This document shows positions 16,880 to 25,901 of a stretch of DNA of 26,374 bases, piece after piece. The DNA comes from a virus (lineage: Duplodnaviria; Caudoviricetes), in the IMG/VR virus record IMGVR_UViG_3300037225_000760, positions 1-26,374 of that record, one strand, 5' to 3'. The translations under genes were made by a program, and so were the position numbers. Below the pieces are notes generated by a model, which saw only the letters and a program-made list of their open reading frames with translations, made no database searches and was not told the origin of the DNA. Each line of letters starts with the position of its first letter. Within the stretch, counting starts at the first letter, position 1.

Positions 16880-17818
16880 TCACGCCTCCAAATCTTGGAA
16901 TGGCTCTATCCAAGACGCGAAGTCTTGGAGTAGAGTGTAGAATTTCCTTCTCAGAAAATACTTCTTCACATAGACCTTGTCAACCTTACGAGGTTTCTTC
17001 ATCTCAGTTCGAAGGAGATTCGTGGCTGTCTCACTCTTTACAAGAGAGAGGTCCGTCAATTTCATATTGCGTACGATAGCCTCTTCGGCCCCCTCCGCAA
17101 AGAACAGCTGGTATCTGTTTCCTTTGCTCTCAAGCTTCTTCCGAATAGACTTCGAGTGATAGATCTTGCCGATGGAGCCATACCTCTTGATGACCTCAAA
17201 CGCTGTCACTTCGCCAAGACCACGAGCGATTCCAGGAATGCCATCCGTCTTGTCACCTGTAATGACACGAGTCTCCAAATACTGTCTCGGTGTAAGTCCT
17301 TCAAAGAGCCCCGCAAAATTCTTGCCTGTGTACAACTGGAGCTTCTTAGGAGACCAAACGCTCACGTCTGGAGACACAAGCTGTAGCATGTCTCGGTCAC
17401 TTGACACGATTGTCTTTTGTCCATCAAGCGTTGCACAAGCCATCGCCATGAGGTCGTCTGCTTCCACATTGGGAATCTCAAACTGACAGACAGCCATCTT
17501 CTTGAGCACGGACTTCACTAGTATGAGTTGCCTCTCGATAGAGTCAGCAGCCTCTCTTCTGCCCTCCTCAGAATTTCTCCGGTATTCGCGGTCGGCTTTG
17601 TATCGGTCGTAAATGCTGCGACGAAGAATCGGCCGACCAGAATCCCAGCACACCAGCGCTGTCTCTGGTTCAAATTTCTCAAGCGCGGTACGAATCAACT
17701 TCAGAACGCCAAATACCACTTGGATCGGTTGGTCCTTGACCGTCAGTTCAGGAACAGCATGGAACACACGCCAAGCAGCATTGTGCCCATCGAAAATGAG
17801 CGCTGTACCAGCTTCCAT
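16880..17818 (-). CDS. 5'-3' exonuclease / flap endonuclease (PolI N-terminal, T4 RNase H-like)
   Basis: IFDGHN, CWD, YKADR, EADD, SSDRDMLQL and GDKTDGIPGI. Confidence 0.93.
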   Translation of the reverse strand: MEAGTALIFDGHNAAWRVFHAVPELTVKDQPIQVVFGVLKLIRTALEKFEPETALVCWDSGRPILRRSIYDRYKADREYRRNSEEGRREAADSIERQLILVKSVLKKMAVCQFEIPNVEADDLMAMACATLDGQKTIVSSDRDMLQLVSPDVSVWSPKKLQLYTGKNFAGLFEGLTPRQYLETRVITGDKTDGIPGIARGLGEVTAFEVIKRYGSIGKIYHSKSIRKKLESKGNRYQLFFAEGAEEAIVRNMKLTDLSLVKSETATNLLRTEMKKPRKVDKVYVKKYFLRRKFYTLLQDFASWIEPFQDLEA

Positions 17819-17830
17819 AAGGCACCTTCC

Positions 17831-18112
17831 TTACTGAGCAGTCTCTAAATTTCCATTCAGCCACTCCCAAGCGGGAAGAGGCATAAATCCAGCATACTCT
17901 TTAGAGGCTTTCATTATGAGGACCCTATCTCCATCCAACATATGTGGAGCTAGCTCCTGGTAGAGCTCGTCTGGGGATTTACTGGTTTTGACTAGCCAAC
18001 AAGGAGCTATCATATAACGGCTCCATCCATCTTGGCTCTTCAACACGTCAATGAACTTCTCATAGCCGAGAATAGATCGCCTAAATTCGTACACTACAAC
18101 AAGGACGTTCAT
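17831..18112 (-). CDS. Small protein, probably Cas2-like ferredoxin fold (often annotated SinR-like)
   Basis: VVYE...Y...W...WLVKT...L...D.DRVLI...WEWL pattern recalled from memory. Confidence 0.5.
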   Translation of the reverse strand: MNVLVVVYEFRRSILGYEKFIDVLKSQDGWSRYMIAPCWLVKTSKSPDELYQELAPHMLDGDRVLIMKASKEYAGFMPLPAWEWLNGNLETAQ

Positions 18113-19218
18113 TCCGATTCACCCCTCTCCTTCATCAGAGTTTCCTGAATCAAGAGTCGGTTGATCAATTTCCTATTCTCGCGATAGAACTGTGGGAATT
18201 TCTTCCGCGTGACAAGCTTTCCTTCAAATCTGTAGAATCGTCCTTTGAGCTTCAAGACATTCATGGCAATCGCATATTCCCACACGGCCCAATCGTTGTC
18301 GATGCCACGATCCCAGAATATGGGCACCTTACAAGTCTTTAACGGTGCGGCCCCGAACTTGTTTTTGATGGTCTTGAGCTCACACATGAAGCCAATCTCA
18401 TTGTCCTCCTTGCCCTTAATGATCCCAATCCTAGCAATACGGCAGCGCACCCACGCATAGAACTTCAGAGCCTTGCCTCCATAAGTGGTTTCTTTAGAGC
18501 CATACATCTGAGCCAAATTAGTACGAGTCTGGTTGATACAAATGAGACAGACGTTGTTCTTGAAGAGAAAGCGCACCATCCTACGAAAGAGCTTGGATAT
18601 CTGTCTTGCTGCACCCCCCATATCGCTAGTCTCCAAACTGGCCTTGTCAGTTCCCTTCTTAGCTCTCAATTCCGCTCTGGTTGGCGTTGCTGCCACAGAG
18701 TCCCACCCTATGACGATTGGTGCATCTTTGTCCTTCTCACGAATGCTAAGAACGATATCCCTGATTTGTTCATAGACATCCTCAATAGTGGCAGCATCAC
18801 CTACAATAAGCCTATTCTCGTCGAGCCCAACAGTCTTCACGCGTCTGTAATTCAACGAGAACTCCGTCGGAAATATGATTGCGTAATAATTCAGTTGCTG
18901 AGCTTTGGAGAGTGCCTTCTCAAGAACGGCAGTCTTTCCAGAGCCTTCAGGGCCAAATATCTCAATGATGCCAGAAGGAAATCCTTGGCCATAAGATACG
19001 ATGGCATCAATAGGTACGATGCCAGTCTTGACGAAGATCCTTGGAGTAGAGAATATAGACTCTTTGAGAGTGGACAAGACTCCATCCGCACTCTTCTTAT
19101 GATATTTCTTGTTGACCTTCTCGACAACTCCACGAACAACCTTGAGCGTGAACCTCTGCTCAGACGTATATTTGCGGGCAGGCGTAAGTCGCGGAAATCT
19201 AAGTGCCCTCACGGTCAC
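18109..19218 (-). CDS. recA: RecA/UvsX-like recombinase
   Basis: EIFGPEGSGKT, WDSVAA, CINQTR, YGGKALKFYA and KNK. Confidence 0.93.
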   Translation of the reverse strand: MTVRALRFPRLTPARKYTSEQRFTLKVVRGVVEKVNKKYHKKSADGVLSTLKESIFSTPRIFVKTGIVPIDAIVSYGQGFPSGIIEIFGPEGSGKTAVLEKALSKAQQLNYYAIIFPTEFSLNYRRVKTVGLDENRLIVGDAATIEDVYEQIRDIVLSIREKDKDAPIVIGWDSVAATPTRAELRAKKGTDKASLETSDMGGAARQISKLFRRMVRFLFKNNVCLICINQTRTNLAQMYGSKETTYGGKALKFYAWVRCRIARIGIIKGKEDNEIGFMCELKTIKNKFGAAPLKTCKVPIFWDRGIDNDWAVWEYAIAMNVLKLKGRFYRFEGKLVTRKKFPQFYRENRKLINRLLIQETLMKERGESE

Positions 19219-19397
19219 CTCACAGGATCAAACCTGACAGAAAGGGATTTGAGCTTATCCTCTTCATCTGGAAGCAGAGGAGTGCCCTCCGCAATGTGAT
19301 CACAAATATTGCGGAAGGCACTCGCGTCCGATGACGTCATGTACGGACTCATCAGACGAAGAAATTCGATGTGGACCAACAATTCCTCAAGCTTCAT
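19215..19397 (-). CDS. Hypothetical protein
   Basis: 60 aa, start/stop overlaps with both neighbours. Confidence 0.55.
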   Translation of the reverse strand: MKLEELLVHIEFLRLMSPYMTSSDASAFRNICDHIAEGTPLLPDEEDKLKSLSVRFDPVR

Positions 19398-20605
19398 TCG
19401 TCATCGTCCTCTTCATCATCGTCCTCTTCATCATCATCAGACTTCTTCTTTTTCTTGCCCTTGATGGACTTTTTCATTTCGTCGAAGATGGCCTCAGCGT
19501 CATCTTCATCCTCATCTTCGTCCTCATCTTCATCCTTTGACTTCTTTTTCTTCTTTTTCTTTTTGGACTTGGATTTGGACTCTTCATCGTCATCATCGGA
19601 GTCATCTTCATCTTCCTCGTCATCTTCCTCGTCATCTTCCTCGTCACCGTCTTTAGACTTCTTTTTCTTCTTTTTCTTTTTGGAGGAAGACTCATCGTCA
19701 TCGTCGGAAGAGGACTCTTCATCCTCATCCTCATCCTCATCTTCGTCATCCTCTTCGTCGTCAGAGTCTTCATCTTCATCCTCCGACTTGGACTTCTTTT
19801 TCTTCTTGGACTTTGGCTCTTCGTCTTCATCCTCGTCCGACACGTCAGCACCAGTGTCTTCATCATCGTCATCATCGCCACCATGCTTAGCTTTCTTGAG
19901 CATACTGCGGACGAAGGCCTCCAATTCCTCGTCGCTCGCCCCTTGAGAAGCTGCGTCAAGGTCGTTGAGGGTCTTGAGAAGAGCTTCCATCCGATCAGAA
20001 TCCTTGCTGATTGGGGACGGGTCCAAAACCTTGAACTTGTACTTCGTGTCTTTCATCCCACTGCCAACACGCTCAACACGGATTGGCCGGCCAGATTTCT
20101 TAGCGGCAACACTAAAAGCTGACTTCTTGCGATAGTCCTCGTCAGCAAATATGTCAACCAAATCCAGGTGCCACTGTTGAGAGACTCTCCAGATCTTGAA
20201 TTTGCCATCAGCATACCCAACAACACGGAGCTTCCCTTCATCCGATTTCTTCATCTTGCATTCGAGAACGTTCCAGAGACCTTCGGACTTCTGTCTCAGA
20301 TATCCGGAAAGCCTTCTCGCAACCTTTGACTTGTCCCCTTTTAGTCCCTTATATTTCTTGCATGCTGGACAAGAGCGAGGCTTGCCTGTCTTCTCGTTGG
20401 CGTCGTTGTGTGCACAATTGAGCTTGTTGGGATACTTGCCGTGATACAGTCGATCTCGCCAACACTCAGCGTTCTTAGACCAAGGAGGGCCAATTCGAAC
20501 GTACTTTGTACCCTCCTCTACACCAAAATATTGGCCGCCACCCGATTCCCGATCTTTCAGCTGTTTGTTGCGATACTCTTTCACCTCATCAGCCGTCATG
20601 ACCAT
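19394..20605 (-). CDS. Probable gp32-like single-stranded DNA-binding protein with very long D/E/K tail
   Basis: VRIGPP...H...C...CPAC metal site, GRPIRVER...TKY and acidic tail; lies between the UvsY-like and RecA genes. Confidence 0.75.
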   Translation of the reverse strand: MVMTADEVKEYRNKQLKDRESGGGQYFGVEEGTKYVRIGPPWSKNAECWRDRLYHGKYPNKLNCAHNDANEKTGKPRSCPACKKYKGLKGDKSKVARRLSGYLRQKSEGLWNVLECKMKKSDEGKLRVVGYADGKFKIWRVSQQWHLDLVDIFADEDYRKKSAFSVAAKKSGRPIRVERVGSGMKDTKYKFKVLDPSPISKDSDRMEALLKTLNDLDAASQGASDEELEAFVRSMLKKAKHGGDDDDDEDTGADVSDEDEDEEPKSKKKKKSKSEDEDEDSDDEEDDEDEDEDEDEESSSDDDDESSSKKKKKKKKSKDGDEEDDEEDDEEDEDDSDDDDEESKSKSKKKKKKKKSKDEDEDEDEDEDDAEAIFDEMKKSIKGKKKKKSDDDEEDDDEEDDDE

Positions 20606-20629
20606 AAGCTATATTCCTCCTTTGAAATG

Positions 20630-21085
20630 TTATTCACTGTAGTCAGATTCCGTCTTCTCGCGACGATCGTTAGCGTTCAGAGAACGAAGAGTTTCCGTTC
20701 TCTTGTCGAATGTCTTCTCAATATACTTGAACATTCGCTCAGCGTCTCTCCAACGACGAAGCACTTTCTGCAATTCCATATACTCCGAATTGCAGTAGAT
20801 CAGAGCCTTAATATCTTTGACTCGGGACCTCCGAACACCCTCCGATTTCTTACTATACTTAACACTGAGTTCGGCTTCCAGGTGTTGAATCTTGTCACTG
20901 AGACGATCCACCATTTCGCTGACCTTCGCGTACAGCGAGGCATAGTATAGGTAGAGAGATGGAGCCTCTCTCAACTGGCGGCCGATATCGTGACGAGATA
21001 TCCGCGAATGTCTGAATGGGTCGATTTCTGTGACCCCACGTGGCATGGTAATCTGGATCTTCGGTGGTTCAGGAAGACGATTCAT
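20630..21085 (-). CDS. UvsY-like recombination mediator
   Basis: Helical 151 aa protein ending ...FDKRTETLRSLNANDRRE; lies between polymerase and SSB. Confidence 0.55.
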   Translation of the reverse strand: MNRLPEPPKIQITMPRGVTEIDPFRHSRISRHDIGRQLREAPSLYLYYASLYAKVSEMVDRLSDKIQHLEAELSVKYSKKSEGVRRSRVKDIKALIYCNSEYMELQKVLRRWRDAERMFKYIEKTFDKRTETLRSLNANDRREKTESDYSE

Positions 21086-21267
21086 GACCGTTCCTCTTTT
21101 AGAAGAAAAGCTGCGTCAAGGCGACTTTGGACGATGTTGAGATCCACGTTATCGGCCAAGACAAGACATATTTCTATGTCGCCTGACACTTCAGAGAGAG
21201 GCTCTCGCTTGAAGAGAGTGTATAGCCCTTCGCCCGTAATCTTGACAGTGATCTTCCTATTGGCCAT
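21082..21267 (-). CDS. Hypothetical protein
   Basis: 61 aa, AAGGAGG RBS, ATGA overlap. Confidence 0.6.
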   Translation of the reverse strand: MANRKITVKITGEGLYTLFKREPLSEVSGDIEICLVLADNVDLNIVQSRLDAAFLLKEERS

Positions 21268-21306
21268 AACGCCTCCTTATACAATGAAATCCTCTAGACA
21301 CGAGTT

Positions 21307-23940
21307 TCAACGGAACTGACTAGGCACAACGAAACTACAGGTCATCGGTGTTGTACGCTCCAACTCAATCATGTGGCCAAGATCCTTGTCTGTCAACTTA
21401 AAATCAACATCGAATGGCACCTTGCAATACCACCCGATTTTCTCTTTCAGGAAGTCTCGGTCGGTCATGAACTCGTAAAGCTTAGGGATCACATCGTCAG
21501 TTTCCTTACGGTGTACCATGAGATAATTGGCGTCGTGGACCACATTGATAGGCTTCGTTTTCATTCTATTCTTCATGAGCCACTTTGCCATCCGATTGCC
21601 AGCCACCCATGTGAGATCTGAAGCGTCGCCCTGAATAGGCGCATTTATTCCTTGACGAACAGCTTCGTTTGCGGCACCCGGCCTAGAGTCATCTACAGCA
21701 GGCAGGTGTCTGATGCGGCCAAAGTAAGATACCACAAATTTGTTAGCCCGGATAAGCTCTTCTTGGTCATACCGATACTGCAAGCAGTTGTCGTATTTAC
21801 CAAAATACCGATCAATGAATTGTTGGGCTTTCTTAAGTGGCCAACCCATGTCAGCAGCCAAGGCTCTGGCAGAGCGACCATAGAGTAAACCAAAGGATAT
21901 GGCGTTCTTAGAGAAGTTCCTCTGATCCTTTGTTACTTGCTCTTCTGGAATCTCGAATCCAGCTGCTGCGCCCATCCGATGAGGATCCTTACCAGCCAGG
22001 AACTCTTCTAACATCTTGTCATCGTTAGCTCTGTCACAAAAGAGACGCATCTCGAGTTGTTTCTCGTCACCTTCCAGAAATAGATAGTCATCGCTGTCCG
22101 GAACGAACTGCGCTTTCAGAACGGAAGCGATATGGACTCTACTTGGGAAGTTCTCGTGATTAGGATTTTCACTCGAGACCCTTCCAGTCAGAGTACCATG
22201 TACTTTGAACGACGTATGGGTCTTGTCATCACTCCCAATCCAACCATCCACAGGCAGAACGTATTTTGTATAGCCATAATAGAATTCATTTCTCTTGAAG
22301 ATGAGTTGCAACGTTCTGTCATTCCTGTGCCTACGCTCAAGCCTTTGAAGGGACTTCTTGTTAACAGAAGGCTTGCCTGTTTTCGTCTCTAAGACTGGCT
22401 CCCAATCCTTGACTTTGAACAAGAGAGTACGAATGGTCTCGGTATTGAATTTGACGCCTTTCCAAGACTTCGTGAACAGTTCTATGGCTTTGGCCTTGGG
22501 ATTCTTAGGCTCTCTCTTATAGTTTTGGACCCTCCCAAGAATCTTCTTCATCAGATTCCATTTATAGATGGCCTCAACTTTTTTGAAGTCCCCAAAGCCG
22601 CGAATCTGGTCCTCATACTCTTTTATTTTCTGCGGAAAGAGCTCAAGCAACCTGTCATTCTCTTCACGAGAGATCTTTACGCCATTAATCTCCAGATAGC
22701 AAGCTAATTCGTTGTGCCACATGATTGGGAACCGAAATGGATTCTCGTACAGACCTTGCTTCACCAATCGATGCTTGACAATGGCCAACATCCTCCAGTC
22801 TGCAATGCAATCCCTGCCATTATAGTCGTACAAGATATCGGCCGGCACAAGGCACAGATTTCCACCATGTTCTGGATTAGTTTCTGGATGGTCTCTCTGG
22901 TAAACTCTGAGAGGTTCATCATACCCGCCCATATCTAGTTTCCACGCCCATTGCTTCAATCCGTGGGTGCCCTTCTGTTCGTTCAGAGCATAAGAGCCAA
23001 GGCCAGTGTCAAGCCAATAGTTCCGCAACCAGATTCCGTGTAGGACATACATATACACACGGTCGTACTTGCCAAACTGCAGTGCGAACCTGATGTGTTC
23101 GTCCTCCCAAAGCTCTTTGATCGCTTCCAGACACTCTTCAGGAGAGACGTGGATCTTCTTCCCAAGAGAGCCAATTCTCGAGTGTATAGGATAACAGGCC
23201 GCAGACCATTCATCCCAGCCAAAACCAACAACGCCAACGACAGGCTTGATAAAGCGATTGAATGGGCTGAGCGTGCTACCCTCGATATCCGTTGTTAGGA
23301 TAATTTGTTTCTTCAAAAAATCCGTTGTCTCTTGAAGCTGCTTCTTGTCTTTGACAACGTCACACTTGAACTTGCTTTTCTTTAGAGAGACATTCCTCTT
23401 AGTATCGTTACCCAATTCTTTGGCCGCTCTCAGCGCCTGGAGGAAATCTCTCTCGTTCTTCGGAACGTCTCTCAAGACATAGCTAGGATGGACGACGCAG
23501 ATGTAAGCACGGCCATGCGCCCGGAACACCTCACCATTCAGGCGCGTGATGCCCGTCCTATTGAGGACTGATTTTATGGCGACGTTGCCAAGCAAGACTA
23601 CGACCTTTGGATTGTAGAAATGGATCTCTCGAAGGATCTTAGCTCGGCAGAACTCTATGGCATATTTGTGGGCCTGGATATTGTTGTTCGGAGGTCGGCA
23701 CCTGACAGCATTAGAGAAGCGGCATTTCTGAATCAGGAACCCAAGCTCCTCAATCTTCTCACGAAGATATTGCCCAATCTTACCGATGAAAGGAAATCCT
23801 CGGTTGTCCTCTTCCGCACCGGGAGCCTCGCCCACAAAGAGGAAGACTGGATTCTCTGAACCTTCGCCATTCATGACAACAGACTTGCACGTGCGAAAGA
23901 GGCCACACTTTAGGCAGTCTTCATCCGACTTTCTTGTCAT
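21307..23940 (-). CDS. polA: Family A DNA polymerase with N-terminal family-4 uracil-DNA glycosylase domain and 3'-5' exonuclease
   Basis: UDG: CxxC...VGEAPG...NAVRCRPP...C...HPSY. Exonuclease: DIE, KYD, YNGRD. Polymerase: TGRVSS, DEKQLEMR, K...FGLLYG, NAPIQG, VHD. Confidence 0.95.
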   Translation of the reverse strand: MTRKSDEDCLKCGLFRTCKSVVMNGEGSENPVFLFVGEAPGAEEDNRGFPFIGKIGQYLREKIEELGFLIQKCRFSNAVRCRPPNNNIQAHKYAIEFCRAKILREIHFYNPKVVVLLGNVAIKSVLNRTGITRLNGEVFRAHGRAYICVVHPSYVLRDVPKNERDFLQALRAAKELGNDTKRNVSLKKSKFKCDVVKDKKQLQETTDFLKKQIILTTDIEGSTLSPFNRFIKPVVGVVGFGWDEWSAACYPIHSRIGSLGKKIHVSPEECLEAIKELWEDEHIRFALQFGKYDRVYMYVLHGIWLRNYWLDTGLGSYALNEQKGTHGLKQWAWKLDMGGYDEPLRVYQRDHPETNPEHGGNLCLVPADILYDYNGRDCIADWRMLAIVKHRLVKQGLYENPFRFPIMWHNELACYLEINGVKISREENDRLLELFPQKIKEYEDQIRGFGDFKKVEAIYKWNLMKKILGRVQNYKREPKNPKAKAIELFTKSWKGVKFNTETIRTLLFKVKDWEPVLETKTGKPSVNKKSLQRLERRHRNDRTLQLIFKRNEFYYGYTKYVLPVDGWIGSDDKTHTSFKVHGTLTGRVSSENPNHENFPSRVHIASVLKAQFVPDSDDYLFLEGDEKQLEMRLFCDRANDDKMLEEFLAGKDPHRMGAAAGFEIPEEQVTKDQRNFSKNAISFGLLYGRSARALAADMGWPLKKAQQFIDRYFGKYDNCLQYRYDQEELIRANKFVVSYFGRIRHLPAVDDSRPGAANEAVRQGINAPIQGDASDLTWVAGNRMAKWLMKNRMKTKPINVVHDANYLMVHRKETDDVIPKLYEFMTDRDFLKEKIGWYCKVPFDVDFKLTDKDLGHMIELERTTPMTCSFVVPSQFR

Positions 23941-24463
23941 TAGAGCCCTCTGTTCCAAGACTCTGAATATTCTTCAGCCAAGCATCAAACTCCATCGGTG
24001 CCACAGCCGCTTGCCAGCTGAGAGCTTTGATCGCGTACACTGCCAAATCGCCAAGGGTCTCAGTAAGAGTTTCTTCGGCCTCACTGTCTCCCCCAGCCAC
24101 AGCATCAATTCGGTCAAACTTCCGAGCTATGTTTGCAAAGATCCCTGGCCAACCACGCCTACACCAAGACGCTTGGTAGTGTTTGCCTTTGAATGCCTCC
24201 AATTTTGTGAGGAAGGCACACATAGCTGCAAACAAAGAAGCACTCTCACAATTTCCATTGACAGGAAGATAGAATTGTGCAACCAAAGAATCCGGTGAGG
24301 AGACCATCGAGATAGCGTTCCTGAAGCCTATTTCGGCAGCTTGAACTAATTCATCTCCATCAGTCGGCCTTCTGATAGCTGCTTCGCGAGAGGCTTCGTA
24401 GATTCCCTTCTCGAGCTTCTGTTTTTCTTCTTTCAGCTTTTGCAATGTAGCTTCATCCAACAT
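23921..24463 (-). CDS. Nucleotide modification-associated domain 1 (Nmad1/DUF1599)-like protein
   Basis: KGKHYQASW...GIFANIARKFDRI...ETLGDLAVYAI; start at 24463 after AAGGAGG. Confidence 0.7.
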   Translation of the reverse strand: MLDEATLQKLKEEKQKLEKGIYEASREAAIRRPTDGDELVQAAEIGFRNAISMVSSPDSLVAQFYLPVNGNCESASLFAAMCAFLTKLEAFKGKHYQASWCRRGWPGIFANIARKFDRIDAVAGGDSEAEETLTETLGDLAVYAIKALSWQAAVAPMEFDAWLKNIQSLGTEGSNDKKVG

Positions 24464-25613
24464 GGTTAGGTTCCTCCTTCCTGAATTTGAGAACGATCTC
24501 TTTCGCGAGAGGATTCTTATCAATCTGTCCCTTGTAGAAATCCAGCACCAACCACTTGAACAACTCTGGAAGAGATGCAATCGAACCCATGAGCCAGGCA
24601 TACTGGTCTGGAGTGAATACTGCTCCTGTCTTCACAGAGCAGTAGATGAGAAGCATCTTTGGTATAAGGAGGCCCCAGTAGCCAACCCCTGGCAAGATAT
24701 TTGCATAATGCAATGGGTCAACGAGATTCCCCTTTCCGTAAGCTTCAACCAATTGGTTGACATAGTCGATTGTCGGCTTCAGCTTCTCGTCAGATATGGG
24801 CTCAAAACTAGAGATCTTGCAGGCCACTAAGCCTTGAACGCCTACACTGCGCACAACGGATCCTAGAGCGTCTGACTGATTGGTGTCAGAAGGATGGATT
24901 AGTATTGCGTCATGAATCGTGCCCCTGCCTTCATACTCAGCATACACATGAAGATTCTGGACGAAATAGGTTATCGCTCCACACTGCACACCAAGATTAC
25001 CTGCAACCAGGGCCAGCAAGTGGGTAAATTGGACGGCATTATAGGGAGTGCCCCAAATGATATCATTAGAACGGATAGCGACAGACATATTCAGCTTGCC
25101 ATCCCGAAGCGAGAAAGCCACCCAATTGTTACAAGGGTAGTCATTTGACTCTGGCTTATTGTCAGAGATTGGGTCCCACAAGGAGATAATCGCTTGTCTG
25201 GAAAAGGGGTCTTCCTTGAGCTTGTTACAGACAGCCTCTATCTGATCCACGTAGATAGAATGGCCTACATAGCTGCCTCTACAATCCCGAATCCTCTTGC
25301 CGTAGGCCCCATGAAAATCAGGCTGGCCTTCATCAGCAAACTTCCTCATGTTAGAGTTGAAGAAGGATATCCACTCCACATTTCCGTTACCAGAGAGAAT
25401 CCATATAACCTCAGCCAGAGCGAAGAAGATGTTGAACCTCCGGCCCGGAATCTTCATAAAGCAGGCGCCAGGTGTCTCATACTGAAGAACCACAGGCACT
25501 GTCATCTCGATGCATCGCCGATCACGAACTGTGACTTGCCTACCATGGGCAATCAGATCAGCGAACAATTCTTGGTAGAACGAACCTAATCCTACTCCGG
25601 AATAGACCTTCAT
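24453..25613 (-). CDS. Thymidylate synthase-fold enzyme, probably dUMP hydroxymethylase
   Basis: GAYGKR, DQI, SRQA, DYPCN (catalytic Cys), RSND..WGTPYN and NLHVY. Asn at the specificity position indicates a dUMP substrate. Confidence 0.8.
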   Translation of the reverse strand: MKVYSGVGLGSFYQELFADLIAHGRQVTVRDRRCIEMTVPVVLQYETPGACFMKIPGRRFNIFFALAEVIWILSGNGNVEWISFFNSNMRKFADEGQPDFHGAYGKRIRDCRGSYVGHSIYVDQIEAVCNKLKEDPFSRQAIISLWDPISDNKPESNDYPCNNWVAFSLRDGKLNMSVAIRSNDIIWGTPYNAVQFTHLLALVAGNLGVQCGAITYFVQNLHVYAEYEGRGTIHDAILIHPSDTNQSDALGSVVRSVGVQGLVACKISSFEPISDEKLKPTIDYVNQLVEAYGKGNLVDPLHYANILPGVGYWGLLIPKMLLIYCSVKTGAVFTPDQYAWLMGSIASLPELFKWLVLDFYKGQIDKNPLAKEIVLKFRKEEPNHVG

Positions 25614-25858
25614 TCCTTGACTCCTCTCTTCTTTAGATAGTCCACTAGATCCTGGACCGTGACAAACTTTTGGGCATCCCCATCATCTATCTCGGCAATC
25701 TCGAAGATCTCTTCCAGATCGATTACCAACTCTACCAAGTCAATAGGGTCGGCTCCTAGATCTTCATTGAGCTTGGATTTCAGCATGACCTCTTCTTCAG
25801 ACGAACCAAGTTGCTCTACGACGATTCTTCTGACCCGATCTTCAAGAATTTCCGCCAT
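25610..25858 (-). CDS. Acyl carrier protein homolog lacking the phosphopantetheine Ser
   Basis: VRRIVVEQLG...EDLGADPIDLVELV..LEE.F...I.D.DA.K..TVQD is AcpP-like, but DSL is replaced by DPI. Confidence 0.85.
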   Translation of the reverse strand: MAEILEDRVRRIVVEQLGSSEEEVMLKSKLNEDLGADPIDLVELVIDLEEIFEIAEIDDGDAQKFVTVQDLVDYLKKRGVKE

Positions 25859-25901
25859 ATTTAGATCCCCCTTATAAGAATGAAACCCCTCGATGGGCAG
25901 G

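Noticed and set aside
17831-18112. Cas2-like protein as evidence of a CRISPR system
   Set aside because: No repeat-spacer array or other cas genes are visible in the window.
19371-19959. Poly-Ser/Phe plus-strand ORF and Met/Thr/Lys-rich alternative-frame ORF
   Set aside because: These are shadows of the low-complexity GAY/GAR/AAG tail of the SSB gene.
21307-23940. Inteins or introns in the polymerase (also checked RecA and TerL)
   Set aside because: Motif spacing is continuous, and no intein splice-junction or LAGLIDADG signatures were seen.
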